A DNA stretch of 64,000 nucleotides, from positions 348,962 through 412,961 of the forward strand of contig CAWCPJ010000001.1 of the NCBI GenBank assembly GCA_963797435.1, given 5' to 3'. Source of the stretch: an uncultured Verrucomicrobiae bacterium (GTDB lineage: Bacteria; Verrucomicrobiota; Verrucomicrobiia; Opitutales; Opitutaceae). Within the stretch, counting starts at the first letter, position 1, and each line of letters opens with the position of its first letter. Position numbers and translations under genes: made by a program. Positions 51,864 through 61,888 of this stretch are shown piece by piece. Below the pieces are notes generated by a model. That model did not search any database, had not been told where the DNA came from, and saw nothing but the letters and a program-made list of their open reading frames with translations.

Positions 51864-53047
51864 ACGTCCGCGTCCTTTCGCACCCCGTCGGTCGCCACCT
51901 GGCGCAACAGTTGGTAGAAGCGATCGATGATCGCGTCCCACGTCACGGTCAGCGCGGTGGCGCGCGCCGCGGCCCGCAGGCGCGGCCAGTCGCCCCGACG
52001 CGCGCCCACGTCGACGGCGGCCGCGCAGAACGCGTCGGCCTCGCCAAAGGGGGCAAGGACTCCGTTTTCGTCATGCCGGATGTGTTCGCGGCCGGCGGCG
52101 TAGTCGTACGTCACCACGACCAGGCCGCTGCCGAGTGCCTCGGTGACGACATTGCCAAACGTCTCGGTGACGCTGGGGAACAGGAACACATCGCCGGACG
52201 CATAGTGGGTGGCGAGGTCCTCGCCACGACGCAGGCCGGCGAAATGAAAATCGGGGTAGCGCTTGCGCAGCGCGTTGCTTTCCGGGCCGTCGCCCACCAG
52301 GACGAACCGCGCACGCGGGCAGCGCGCACGTGCGGCGAGGAAACTCGCGACCGCCAGGTCAATGTTCTTTTCCTTTGCGAGCCGGCCGACGTAGAGATAC
52401 ACGGGATCGTCGGGCGAGGCGCCCCAGCTGCGCCGGAGGTCCTCGGACCGGCGCGCGGGATCAAAGAGGTGCGGATCGACGCCACGCGACATCACGGCGA
52501 GGTTGTGAAAGTGTTCGCCGGTGAGCTCGGTTCGCATCTGGTGCGTCGGCACCATCGTGAGCTGCGTGAGATTGTGGAAGTAGCGCAGGTAGCCGACCGC
52601 GACGTCGATCAGCGCGCCGTAGCCGTAGTGTTTGCCGTACTGATGGAAGTTCGTGTGGAAACTCGAGCTGATCGGAAGCGCGAGCTTGCGGGCGGCGGCG
52701 AGGGCAGACCAGCCGAGCGGACCTTCGGTCGCGATGTGGACGACATCGGGACGTTCGCGGGTCCACCGCCGCGCGAGCCGCCCGCCCACGGGGAGGCCCA
52801 TCATCAGGCCTTCGTAACGGGGCAATGCGACGCCGGGAACCAGCCATTCGCGGTAGGTTGATTCGGGCGGTTCGCTGCCGTTGCGGTCGGGTTCGCGGTG
52901 CACGACGGCGCGATCCGCCTTCTGCCGCGGCCGCACGACCGTGATCGTCGCGCCGCGAGCGGGAATGCCCCCGGCCAGCCGTTGCAGCGTCATGGCGACG
53001 CCGTTCACTTCGGGGGGAAAGGTTTCTGTGACGAGAGCGATATTCAC
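51860..53047 (-). CDS. family-4 glycosyltransferase
   Basis: GT4 fold: N-terminal MNIALVTETFPPEVNGVAMT; C-terminal EX7E-type region (FGNVVTEALGSGLVVVT). Confidence 0.8.
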   Translation of the reverse strand: MNIALVTETFPPEVNGVAMTLQRLAGGIPARGATITVVRPRQKADRAVVHREPDRNGSEPPESTYREWLVPGVALPRYEGLMMGLPVGGRLARRWTRERPDVVHIATEGPLGWSALAAARKLALPISSSFHTNFHQYGKHYGYGALIDVAVGYLRYFHNLTQLTMVPTHQMRTELTGEHFHNLAVMSRGVDPHLFDPARRSEDLRRSWGASPDDPVYLYVGRLAKEKNIDLAVASFLAARARCPRARFVLVGDGPESNALRKRYPDFHFAGLRRGEDLATHYASGDVFLFPSVTETFGNVVTEALGSGLVVVTYDYAAGREHIRHDENGVLAPFGEADAFCAAAVDVGARRGDWPRLRAAARATALTVTWDAIIDRFYQLLRQVATDGVRKDADV

Positions 53048-53444
53048 GAACGACGACCCGCCGACGGCGACGAGGCCCCGCTGAATTGGCGGGAGCGCGG
53101 GGCGCCGGCAATCCTGTTTTCCTCGGGGTCTGTTTCGGTTCGAGAAGGGATCTGCCTAATCCCAAGGTCATAGACTCGTCCCTACCTGAACCGTATCCAT
53201 GCAGCCGGCGTCAATGTTCACTCGTGGCGCGCGACACCGATCGGTTGTAGGGCCGGACCTCGCGTCCGTGCCGCTCCGCGGGAGGCAACGGCATGGACAC
53301 AAGGTCCAGCCCTACAGGTCCGACTCCTAGGAAACAGCGCTCTTGGAGTGATGATCTCCGTGTCGTCCGCGGACCGGACAGAGCCGATCCCTCAGGCAGC
53401 GTCGGTGTACGTTCTTCGTAGTCCACCGCCGCACGCGCGATTCC

Positions 53445-54281
53445 TTACTGATCCAGGCTCGGCGTGCTGGGCGCCATCGGTGCGACCACGCTGGGAGCGG
53501 CGGGCTTCACCGACACCAGCTCGATATCAAACACGAGCATCTTCGCCGGCGGAATGCCATTCGGGCTGCCGCGTTCGCCGTAACCGAGTTTGCTGGGAAC
53601 GTAGAGCTTGATGTGGCCGCCGGTGCCGATCAGTTGCAGGCCCTCGGTCCACGCGGGGATCACGCGATTGAGGGCGAATTCCGCGGGCTCGCCGCCGCCT
53701 TCGCGAGAGGACTCCAGCACTTTGCCGTCGGGAAAACTGAGGGTGTAATGCGCCACGACCGTGTCGGACGCGGCCGGCTTGGGATCCGTGCCGGGCGTGA
53801 TGATCTCGTAGCGCAGGCCGCTGTCGGTCTTCTTCACGGCGGGATTCTGGTCGAGCTTGGCCATTTGCTCGGCCTCCTCGGCGCGATTGGGGCCGGCGGC
53901 CTTTTCCGTGACCTCCTTGGCGCGTTGATTGAGGAACTGCTGGGCAACCTTCACCACCTCGCTCATGTTCTCGGGCGGCGGTTCGCCGCGGGCGTTGGCG
54001 GCTTCACCGCGCATGCAGGCGGCAATCTCGGATTCGCTCAGCCCAAGGGCGGTGAGGTTATTGCGATCGCCGATGATCCAGCCGTAGACCTCGAAGATCT
54101 GCTCGGCCGTGGGCTGGGCCGCTGCGGCGGGCGCGCCCATCGACTCGGCGGCAGGAGCTGCCGCGGGCGCGGTGGCTGCATCACCAGGCGTGCCTGGCGG
54201 CGGCGCAACCTGCTGGGCAAATGCGGAGATCGATGCGGCGGCGGCGAGCGCCAGGACCGCGAACAGGGAACGAGGTGACAT
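53445..54281 (-). CDS. FKBP-type peptidyl-prolyl cis-trans isomerase (FkpA-like, exported)
   Basis: Signal peptide MSPRSLFAVLALAAAASISAFA; C-terminal FKBP domain (GLRYEIITPG..., VIPAWTEGLQLIGTGGHIKLYVPSKLGYGERG). ATG at 54279-54281 on the minus strand. Confidence 0.8.
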   Translation of the reverse strand: MSPRSLFAVLALAAAASISAFAQQVAPPPGTPGDAATAPAAAPAAESMGAPAAAAQPTAEQIFEVYGWIIGDRNNLTALGLSESEIAACMRGEAANARGEPPPENMSEVVKVAQQFLNQRAKEVTEKAAGPNRAEEAEQMAKLDQNPAVKKTDSGLRYEIITPGTDPKPAASDTVVAHYTLSFPDGKVLESSREGGGEPAEFALNRVIPAWTEGLQLIGTGGHIKLYVPSKLGYGERGSPNGIPPAKMLVFDIELVSVKPAAPSVVAPMAPSTPSLDQ

Positions 54282-54530
54282 GGTAGGGTGGATAGGATTG
54301 GGCAACGACCGTGGAGGCCCCGGATGGTTTCCGGAAAAGCCGCGAGCCGAACCGGACGGATTTCTTTTGTCAAAGCATGAAAGGGACATTCGATGGCCGC
54401 GCAACGGCGCGCCCGGAAAATGACCTCGCCGGTGAGGTTGTAGCCCAGGACCCGGTCAAACCGATCGTGCACGATGCGGCACGGCCCCGAGAGCAGGCCC
54501 GATAGAGACGCCGGATCCGCTTTCAGCTCC

Positions 54531-56444
54531 ATGAAACCCAACACCTTTTGGATCAGCCCGGACGGCGTGATCGTCGCGGCGCGCGCCAAGTCGGAACTCG
54601 CCTTGGAACTCACCGTTTCGTTCAAGCTGCGGCACCGCGCCGACTTCGAACATGCGCGGGCGCACGCCAAGGCGCTGCAATTCAGCGAGCGCTCCACCGT
54701 GGCGCGCATCGGCGTGGAGGTGTTCAGTCCGCAACCGCCCCGCGTGCAACGCGACACCATCACGTTGCAGTGCGAGGCATTCGTCTATGACCAGCATTTC
54801 CCGAGCGCGAAATGCTTTCACGAATTGATGCGTCCAGGACTCGCGGTCGGCCGGCTGTTTCACGCGCCCGAACAGAACAAGCTGACCTCCACGGAAATCT
54901 GGCAGGCGCTGCGCGAAAACCAGCTCAAGCTCCCGAACACGCTCTCGATCGACCGCTTCGGACACGTGTTTCTCACGCCGCATCGCCTGCGCTACACCCT
55001 GCCGGCGACGCTCGCGGCAACCGACCTGTTGCGCGTGTTGCGCGGGGACCTGCCGCGCACGTTTCTCGACAAGGTGCAGGTGCGTGAAGACATGGACATC
55101 GTCTCCATCGGGCCGCACTCCGGCATTCTGACGAGCTGCTCGATGTATCTGCAGGACCATTTCGTGGTGCTGAATCGCGGGGAGGGCAACTTCGGTCTGC
55201 ACTCGGGCGCGGTGCTGCTCGATCCCGTGAAGACCTTCGGCACGAATGTCATGCTCGAGATCTACAACACGAGCGAGGAAGTCGTGGTGAACCCGATGGT
55301 CTCGGTCGACGTCTATCGCGCCGGCACGCCGAACGCGGACGAGCATGAGGCCCTGCGACTGCGCCGCGAGACGACGCGCATCGACCTCGGGCGCGCCTAC
55401 GACCTGCTGCAGTCGAATCCGCGCATCAGCAATTCCCGCGCGCGTCCGACCACCGGCATCGAGTTGCGCGGCCAGAGTGCGCGCGAGGAAAACGCGAGCG
55501 TGTGCATCGGCTACGACGGCTCGATCCAGGAAAGCCTCGCCCGCGGGCTGCAGAACGAGCCGTTCGGCTACCTCACGATCACCCAGGCGCTGAGCCACGC
55601 GCGCCGGGACGCGGACACGCTCGTCGTCGACTACCTGCCGAACCTTTTCGAGCACATCGAAATCCTCGCGCGGCTCACGCGCGTGAAGCTGCGGCGGCTG
55701 GTCTTTCGCAAGGCGTCCCGGCTGAATCCATTCTTCCTCAGCACCGATGCGCACGCGCGCCTCGAGACCTATCACCAGCTCGGGATCGACGTTTGCTGGC
55801 TCAACGAAAACCTCGGCGACCTGTTCGTGCATGTCTACAAGAAGGAACACGGGTTCTTTGTGCGCGAGGAGGAGGCGCGCCGCTTCCAGACCTCGACGAT
55901 CCTCGCGTTCTACGGTTCGGCCGTGTCCATGGAGGACGGGAACGCGCGGGCGATTCGCGACCTCGTCATCCGCATGGTCGGATTCTTCGGGCCCAACGTC
56001 GCACTGCTCACCGGCGGCGGCGGCGGCGCGATGGGCCTCGCCAACGCGGCCGCGCACGAGAAGAACTGCCTGACCGGTGCATCGTTCCTCGAACTCGAGG
56101 CCCAGCCGCCGAATACGGGGGTCGATTTCTTCAACACGTTCACGGAAAACTCCCGGCACAACCGCCAGAAATGGTTTCAAGTCGCCGATTTTTGCATCTT
56201 CGGCATGGGCGGGGTCGGCACCCTCGAGGAAACCGGCATCGAGTTGTGCAACCTCAAGCTCGGCATCCGCCCGCGCGTGCCCTACGTCTTCTTTCACGAC
56301 TCGTTCTGGCATGACCTGCAGTCACAATTCCAGGCGATGATCCGCGAAAAGCGCGCCCCGGCGTGGATGGCGGACTACGTGATGTTCTCCGGCAAGGTGG
56401 ACGAGGTGATCAACTTCTACCGGCGCACGCTGCAGATCGCGTGA
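54531..56444 (+). CDS. LOG/SLOG-family (PpnN/YgdH-like nucleotide 5'-monophosphate nucleosidase fold) protein with an unusually long N-terminal region
   Basis: C-terminal LOG motifs TGGGGGAMGLAN and FGMGGVGTLEE. The N-terminal ISPDG start resembles PpnN (HISPLGS). ~640 aa, versus ~450 for PpnN and ~190 for minimal LOG proteins. Confidence 0.55.
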   Translation: MKPNTFWISPDGVIVAARAKSELALELTVSFKLRHRADFEHARAHAKALQFSERSTVARIGVEVFSPQPPRVQRDTITLQCEAFVYDQHFPSAKCFHELMRPGLAVGRLFHAPEQNKLTSTEIWQALRENQLKLPNTLSIDRFGHVFLTPHRLRYTLPATLAATDLLRVLRGDLPRTFLDKVQVREDMDIVSIGPHSGILTSCSMYLQDHFVVLNRGEGNFGLHSGAVLLDPVKTFGTNVMLEIYNTSEEVVVNPMVSVDVYRAGTPNADEHEALRLRRETTRIDLGRAYDLLQSNPRISNSRARPTTGIELRGQSAREENASVCIGYDGSIQESLARGLQNEPFGYLTITQALSHARRDADTLVVDYLPNLFEHIEILARLTRVKLRRLVFRKASRLNPFFLSTDAHARLETYHQLGIDVCWLNENLGDLFVHVYKKEHGFFVREEEARRFQTSTILAFYGSAVSMEDGNARAIRDLVIRMVGFFGPNVALLTGGGGGAMGLANAAAHEKNCLTGASFLELEAQPPNTGVDFFNTFTENSRHNRQKWFQVADFCIFGMGGVGTLEETGIELCNLKLGIRPRVPYVFFHDSFWHDLQSQFQAMIREKRAPAWMADYVMFSGKVDEVINFYRRTLQIA

Positions 56445-56720
56445 CCTCAGCCGGTCGGAAGCCGTCGGCGTGCCTGCCCAACAGCAAGGCCGGTCGGGGA
56501 CGCTCCCCGCCGCGGCGGCCAATGGAGTGGCCGCCCTACCACGCTCCCTGCACGCAATGTAAATGACGTGTCGTGACTATTCCGTTCCATCGCCGCATGA
56601 CGACCGGTCGGTGCAAGGCCCGGACCTGACCGCCCCATGGCGCTCCGCGGCGTCGTCGCGGGTTGACCACGCTTTTTCGTTTGCCTCACCTTGCCGACGT
56701 CGGCTGCTACAGGGTCGAAG

Positions 56721-58022
56721 ATGGCCACTGAGAAATCCCTGAAGATCCTCGTCGTCGGCAGCGGCGGTCGCGAACACGCGCTCGTGCACAGTTGCCTCGC
56801 GTCACCGCTCGTGCGCGGCGTGATCGCCGCGCCGGGAAACGGTGGCATGGCGGCCGAGTGTCCGTGTCTTCCCGTCGCCGTGGATGATGTCGCCGGCCTC
56901 GTCGCCCTCGCCCAGCGCGAGGGCGTGAACTTCGTGGTGATCGGGCCCGAGGTGCCGCTGAGCCTGGGGCTGGTGGATGCGCTCGCCGACGTGGGGATCG
57001 GGGCTTTCGGCCCGAAGGCGGACGGCGCCCGGCTCGAATCGAGCAAGATCTACACGAAACGCCTGCTGCTCAAGCACCGCATCCCGACCGGGCTGGCCGT
57101 GGAATTCAACGAGCTCTCCCCCGCGCTCGACTATCTGCGGACAAGTTCGTTTCCGATCGTGATCAAGGCCGACGGGCTCGCCGCGGGCAAGGGCGTGATC
57201 GTCGCCACCGACCATGCCGAAGCCGAACGCGCCGTGCGCGCCATGCTCGAGCAACGCGCCTTCGGCGAAAGCGGCACGCATGTGTTGATCGAGGAGTGCC
57301 TGTTCGGTGAGGAGACCTCGATCCACCTGATCGTCTCCGGACGCGATTTCATCCTGCTGCCGACGAGCCAGGACCACAAGCGCGTCGGTGAGAACGACAC
57401 CGGCCCGAACACCGGCGGCATGGGCGCGTATTCGCCGGCCGGACTCGTCGACGACGCCATGCTCCAGCGCATCACGGACGAGATCGCACGACCAAGCGTC
57501 GAGGCGATCGCGGCGGAGGGAATCGACTTTCGCGGCGTCCTCTTCATCGGCCTGATGCTGACGCCTCGCGGGCCGAAGGTGCTCGAGTTCAACACGCGCT
57601 TTGGCGATCCGGAGACGCAGGTCCTGCTCACGCGTCTCATCACCGATCCTGTGCGGCTGATGCTGGCCGCGGTGGAGGGAACCCTGCGCGACGTCGCACT
57701 CGAGGTGACGCGGGAGTATGCCTGTTGTGTCGTGCTGGCCGCACAGGGCTACCCCGAACGCTATCCCAAGGGAGAAAGGGTCACCCTGCCCGCGCACCTC
57801 GGCCCCGGGGAGTTCATCTTTCATGCGGGAACCCGGCGCGACCGCGAGGGCTGCGTGCTGACCAACGGCGGCCGCGTGTTCGGCGTCACCGCGCTCGGTC
57901 CGACACTTGCGGAAGCCACCCGGCGTGCGTATGCGTTGTCCGACCAGGTGAATTTCCCTTCGAAATATCTGCGCCGCGACATCGGCGCGAAACAACTCCG
58001 GCGGGACGGAGTGCAGGCATGA
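56721..58022 (+). CDS. purD: phosphoribosylamine--glycine ligase
   Basis: ATP-grasp PurD motifs KILVVGSGGREHAL, ADGLAAGKGV, EFNTRFGDPETQ; ATG at 56721. Confidence 0.9.
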   Translation: MATEKSLKILVVGSGGREHALVHSCLASPLVRGVIAAPGNGGMAAECPCLPVAVDDVAGLVALAQREGVNFVVIGPEVPLSLGLVDALADVGIGAFGPKADGARLESSKIYTKRLLLKHRIPTGLAVEFNELSPALDYLRTSSFPIVIKADGLAAGKGVIVATDHAEAERAVRAMLEQRAFGESGTHVLIEECLFGEETSIHLIVSGRDFILLPTSQDHKRVGENDTGPNTGGMGAYSPAGLVDDAMLQRITDEIARPSVEAIAAEGIDFRGVLFIGLMLTPRGPKVLEFNTRFGDPETQVLLTRLITDPVRLMLAAVEGTLRDVALEVTREYACCVVLAAQGYPERYPKGERVTLPAHLGPGEFIFHAGTRRDREGCVLTNGGRVFGVTALGPTLAEATRRAYALSDQVNFPSKYLRRDIGAKQLRRDGVQA

Positions 58023-59185
58023 TGCCATCGCGCGACGGTGGAGGACAGGGATTGGCGCAGCTGTCGCCGACGGCCGCGCAGGTCTCCGACCTGCCCGGGC
58101 CTGCCCGGACCAGCCATCCGCTCGCTACGAGGCGGAGTCCAGCCCGCCTTTGGCCGCGGGTGGCCTGGCTGGTATTTTGCCTGGCGCTTCCGGTCGCGGG
58201 GCGGTTGCCCGCGGCGGAATCCGCCGATGTCTGGACGCGCTATTTTCCCCAACAGGCCGCCGCACCGGCGGACGAGGCGGGTTGGGCCGCCCTGGCGAAG
58301 GAGTTTCCCAACCGGGTCAAACCCGCCCCGGGTGCCGCCGTCGCCTCGACGCAGCCCCCGGCCGCCACGCGCACTTCGGTTCGGGATGGGATCGAGTACG
58401 TGCGCGTCCGCAAGATCGCGAACGACCTCGGCGCGATCGAGCGTGCCCTGACGGTTCCACGGTTGATCATCGATCTGCGCTACGTGCACGGCGACGTCGA
58501 ACCATCGCTGCAATTCGGCACGTTGCTTGCGCGGCACCCGATCAGGTTCGTCCACCCCGAAGCCACGATCACGCCGAAACCGGTGCGGTCGGAAACGCAG
58601 ACGACGCTGTGTCTCATCAATCGCGGGACGTCCGGCGCCATCGAGGCGGTATTGGACGCGTTGCAGGCCGCCGGCGACGTCCTGCTCGTCGGCACCCAAA
58701 GCGCGGGTGACACCGGTGACTTTACCGTCGCGGAAAACGCACCGGGCTGGCGCGTCATCACCAACGACTATCGGCGCGCCGGCGGCACGTCGTTGCTCGA
58801 CGTCGGAGTCACGCCCGATCTCTTCGTGGAGACCACGCCCGATGCGGAGGACGCGGCCTACCTCGCATTCGACGCGAGCAAACCGATCGACGAACTCCTC
58901 GACGTGCCGGTTGACAAACCGCGGTTTGACGAGGCGCACCTGCAACAGCGGTTTGCCGAGATTCATCCGGAACATGGTGCCTCCCTGGCACCGCGGACGG
59001 GCGACGATTTGGAAACCACCCCGCCATCAGCAACCGAAACGGACGACTCCGCCGCCGCCGAGGCAAAGGCGCCGGACACAAAGGAGAAAAAGGCCGAAGC
59101 CACGTCGTCACCGTTTGATCGCAGCCTGGAGCGCGCGGTCGCCACGCTTGTCGCGGACCAGGTCTTGAGCGCGGCTCAACCGTAG
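58019..59185 (+). CDS. exported S41 (C-terminal processing peptidase)-like domain protein, possibly catalytically altered
   Basis: ATGA overlap with the purD stop. S41-like motifs LIIDLRYVHGD and INRGTSGAIEAV are present, but the usual catalytic Lys region reads TQSAGDTGD. Pro/Ala/Glu-rich C-tail. Confidence 0.45.
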   Translation: MMPSRDGGGQGLAQLSPTAAQVSDLPGPARTSHPLATRRSPARLWPRVAWLVFCLALPVAGRLPAAESADVWTRYFPQQAAAPADEAGWAALAKEFPNRVKPAPGAAVASTQPPAATRTSVRDGIEYVRVRKIANDLGAIERALTVPRLIIDLRYVHGDVEPSLQFGTLLARHPIRFVHPEATITPKPVRSETQTTLCLINRGTSGAIEAVLDALQAAGDVLLVGTQSAGDTGDFTVAENAPGWRVITNDYRRAGGTSLLDVGVTPDLFVETTPDAEDAAYLAFDASKPIDELLDVPVDKPRFDEAHLQQRFAEIHPEHGASLAPRTGDDLETTPPSATETDDSAAAEAKAPDTKEKKAEATSSPFDRSLERAVATLVADQVLSAAQP

Positions 59186-59391
59186 CGGGTTCTCTCCCGC
59201 CGGGACGCCGCCGGACGCGCGACCGTGGCGCCGGCGGGGCCGGGCTTTCCCGACCTGACCGTGGAGAGAAACGGCTGGCCGGAACGCCTGTCGCAACCTG
59301 CGCCCTCGGCGGAACGCGCGCACCGCGGCTGTTACCCGTTTCAATTGACTCGCCCGAGCGGCGGAACTCACTTGGCTCCTTCCTTTCCGCG

Positions 59392-59898
59392 ATGTCTGAG
59401 AACCACAACCACATCCTCTTCGTGTGCACGGCAAACACCTGCCGTAGCCCGATGGCTGCCGCGCTGTTTCGTCATGCGCTGGCGGCGCAGGATGAACCGC
59501 TGCACTCGTTCGCGGTTGAGTCGGCCGGCATTTCCGCGCTCGCGGGTTATCCCGCCGCGGCCAATTCGGATCAGGCATTGCGCAAAGTCGGCCTGTCGCT
59601 GCTCGATCACCGCAGCAGGCCGCTGACGCAGGAGGCGCTGGATCGCGCGTTCGCGGTGTTTTGCATGACCGAGTCGCATCGGGCCGTGATCGAGGTCCAG
59701 TTCGAGCGCCCGCCGAAACGCCTGTTCCTGATGCGCGAATTCGTCGCGCGCGGCGATCGCGACATTCCCGATCCGTTCGGCATGAACCTCGCGGCCTACG
59801 AGGCCAGTCGCGACGCGATGGTGGAGGCGATCCCCTCGCTCGTGAACTACCTGCAGGCCGAAATCGATTCGACCGCCGGCGCCCCCCCCGCGGGTTGA
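59392..59898 (+). CDS. low-molecular-weight protein tyrosine phosphatase
   Basis: P-loop CTANTCRS (CX5R) near the N-terminus and DPF motif near the C-terminus; 168 aa. Confidence 0.8.
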   Translation: MSENHNHILFVCTANTCRSPMAAALFRHALAAQDEPLHSFAVESAGISALAGYPAAANSDQALRKVGLSLLDHRSRPLTQEALDRAFAVFCMTESHRAVIEVQFERPPKRLFLMREFVARGDRDIPDPFGMNLAAYEASRDAMVEAIPSLVNYLQAEIDSTAGAPPAG

Positions 59899-59922
59899 GC
59901 GCACCCATCCAGGATTCCAATC

Positions 59923-61215
59923 ATGTCCTCCGCCACCGCCCCCGCTCACAGCAGCCTCAACACCAGCCCGCTGGCCGAACTCGATCCCGCGATCCATGCC
60001 GCGATTGCCCGGGAACTCGAGCGCCAGCAGACGCACATCGAACTGATCGCGTCGGAGAACTTCACGCTGCCCGCCGTGATGGAGGCCCAGGGCAGCGTGC
60101 TCACGAACAAATACGCCGAGGGCTATCCCGGCAAACGCTGGTACGGCGGCTGCGAATTTGTCGACGAAGTCGAGACGCTCGCGATCGCGCGCGCGAAGCA
60201 GCTGTTCGGCGCCGACCATGCAAACGTCCAGCCGCACTCGGGCTCACAGGCCAACTTCGCAGTCTACACCGCCGTGCTCCAGCCGGGTGACAAGGTTCTC
60301 GGCATGAACCTCTCCCACGGCGGCCATCTCACGCACGGCAATCCCGCGAATTTCTCGGGCAAGCTCTACCAGTTCGTGCAATATGGCGTGCGCGAGGACA
60401 CCGGCCTGATCGACTACGATGAACTCGCGGCCATCGCCGAACGCGAAAAACCCAAAATGATCACGGTCGGCGCGAGCGCATACTCGCGGGTGATTGACTT
60501 TGCCCGCATGGGCGAGATCGCGCGCGGCGTAGGCGCCCTGCTTTTCGCCGACATCGCGCACATCGCCGGGCTCGTCGCCGCCGGCATTCATCCCTCACCG
60601 GTTCCGCACGCCGACTTCGTCACGACGACCACGCACAAGACCCTGCGCGGTCCGCGCGGCGGCTTGATCCTGTGCCGCGCCGCACACGCCAAGGCGATCG
60701 ACTCCGCCACGTTCCCGGGAGCCCAGGGCGGTCCGTTGATGCATGTCATCGCCGCCAAGGCCGTGTGTTTCCTCGAAGCACAGAAGCCCGGGTTTCGCGC
60801 CTACCAACAACAGATCGTCGCCAACGCCAGGGCGCTCGCCGCCGGCATGCTCAAGCGCGGCTACAAGGTCGTGTCCGGCGGCACGGACAACCATCTGCTG
60901 CTGGTCGATCTTCGTCACAACCTCCCCGAACTCACCGCCAAGAAGGCGCAGGAGGCGCTCGATCGCGCGAACCTCACGACCAACAAGAACACCGTTCCAT
61001 TCGAAACGCGCAGTCCGTTCCAAGCCAGCGGCGTGCGCCTCGGCACCCCGGCCGTGACGACACGCGGCATGCGCGAACCCGAAATGGACCTGATCGCCGG
61101 CGCCATTGACCTGGTGCTGCGTTCCCCCGAAGACGACGAGACCCGCGCCCGCGCGCAAGCAGTCGTCCTCGATCTTTGCGGCCGTTTCCCGCTTCCGTAC
61201 ACTGCGAAGGCATGA
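59923..61215 (+). CDS. glyA: serine hydroxymethyltransferase
   Basis: SHMT motifs ([11 protein letters not shown]-Lys region [13 protein letters not shown]); 430 aa. Confidence 0.9.
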   Translation: MSSATAPAHSSLNTSPLAELDPAIHAAIARELERQQTHIELIASENFTLPAVMEAQGSVLTNKYAEGYPGKRWYGGCEFVDEVETLAIARAKQLFGADHANVQPHSGSQANFAVYTAVLQPGDKVLGMNLSHGGHLTHGNPANFSGKLYQFVQYGVREDTGLIDYDELAAIAEREKPKMITVGASAYSRVIDFARMGEIARGVGALLFADIAHIAGLVAAGIHPSPVPHADFVTTTTHKTLRGPRGGLILCRAAHAKAIDSATFPGAQGGPLMHVIAAKAVCFLEAQKPGFRAYQQQIVANARALAAGMLKRGYKVVSGGTDNHLLLVDLRHNLPELTAKKAQEALDRANLTTNKNTVPFETRSPFQASGVRLGTPAVTTRGMREPEMDLIAGAIDLVLRSPEDDETRARAQAVVLDLCGRFPLPYTAKA

Positions 61216-61270
61216 GCCGGATCCATTCAGTCGGACGCCATCTCGCAGGAGCGGGTTTACCCCGCGATTT

Positions 61271-61333
61271 TGTCCCTTGTAGAAGCGGCTTCAGCCGCGA
61301 TTCGCACGCGGACCATCGCGGCTGAAGCCGCTC
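61271..61333 (+). other. long hairpin (24-bp stem, 1 mismatch) just downstream of glyA; a possible terminator or processing structure
   Basis: tgtagaagcggcttcagccgcgat - tcgcacgcggacc - atcgcggctgaagccgctcctaca, followed by ggatttggg (weak T-tract). Confidence 0.5.
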
Positions 61334-61355
61334 CTACAGAGGTCGGATTTGGGTC

Positions 61356-61652
61356 CACGAATGACACGAATGGGCACGAATACGGATGGATCAGGTTTCT
61401 GCTATTCGTGCAGGTTCGTGCCATTCGTGGATGAGTTGGTCGGGCAATTTCGATCCAGGAAGGGGTTTAACAGAACGGAACGAAGGTAACGAAGGCCGCG
61501 CCGGGTCGTGGATGCGCTTTCGAAGGAATGGTCGCAAAAACCCTGGCGCGCCACAGCCGCAACCAAATCCAGATTAGCCACGGATTACACAGATGGGCAC
61601 AGATGTTGTGTGATTCCACCCTGCCTTGTCCGTGCCCATCCGTGCCATCTGT
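61356..61652. repeat. composite inverted-repeat element B: CACGAAT x3 / ATTCGTG x3 array (61356-61430), CGAAGG direct repeats, then CACAGAT x2 / ATCYGTG array (61542-61652). Homologous to element A at 41.38-41.56 kb.
   Basis: cacgaatgacacgaatgggcacgaatacgg ... attcgtgcaggttcgtgccattcgtgg. Then cgccacagccgcaaccaaatccagattagccacggattacacagatgggcacagatg ... catccgtgccatctgtgg. Confidence 0.75.
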
Positions 61653-61838
61653 GGTGCAAAAAGATTGAGTTCCCAAGGCGCAGAGGACGCAAATAATGGC
61701 AGGAGCGACGAACCGATCGGTGGTCTGGCGTCGGCATTCGCCCTCGAGGTGTGCGGCCAATCCGACGAGCGATCGATACGCGGAAACAAGCCCAACCGAT
61801 TCGGGCGGGACAACCTCCTGACGAGGCGTTGTGAATAA

Positions 61839-61888
61839 CCTGTCGGCAAGTCGCCGGAGCCGTCCGCGAGCCGACAGGGGTGGTTTTT
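61839..61888 (+). terminator. rho-independent terminator-like hairpin in the gene-free region downstream of glyA
   Basis: CCTGTCGGC - 22-nt loop - GCCGACAGG followed by GGTGGTTTTTGG, on the + strand. Confidence 0.6.

Noticed and set aside
56445-56720. Possible ZTP (pfl) or purine riboswitch in the 276-bp leader upstream of purD. The leader contains GUCGUGAC, which resembles the 5' part of the ZTP consensus.
   Set aside because: The conserved 3' pseudoknot hairpin (CCGGGCG..CCGCCUGGG) and the UGGCG J1/2 element could not be found. There are no purine-riboswitch loop motifs either. A partial match to a short GC-rich word is expected by chance at this GC content. An Infernal scan would settle it.
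61626-61838. A 70-aa ORF ending exactly at the terminator hairpin in the gene-free region after glyA.
   Set aside because: The translation has no hydrophobic core, no start-codon context and an Arg/Gly-rich composition. A non-coding transcript is the more likely explanation for the terminator.
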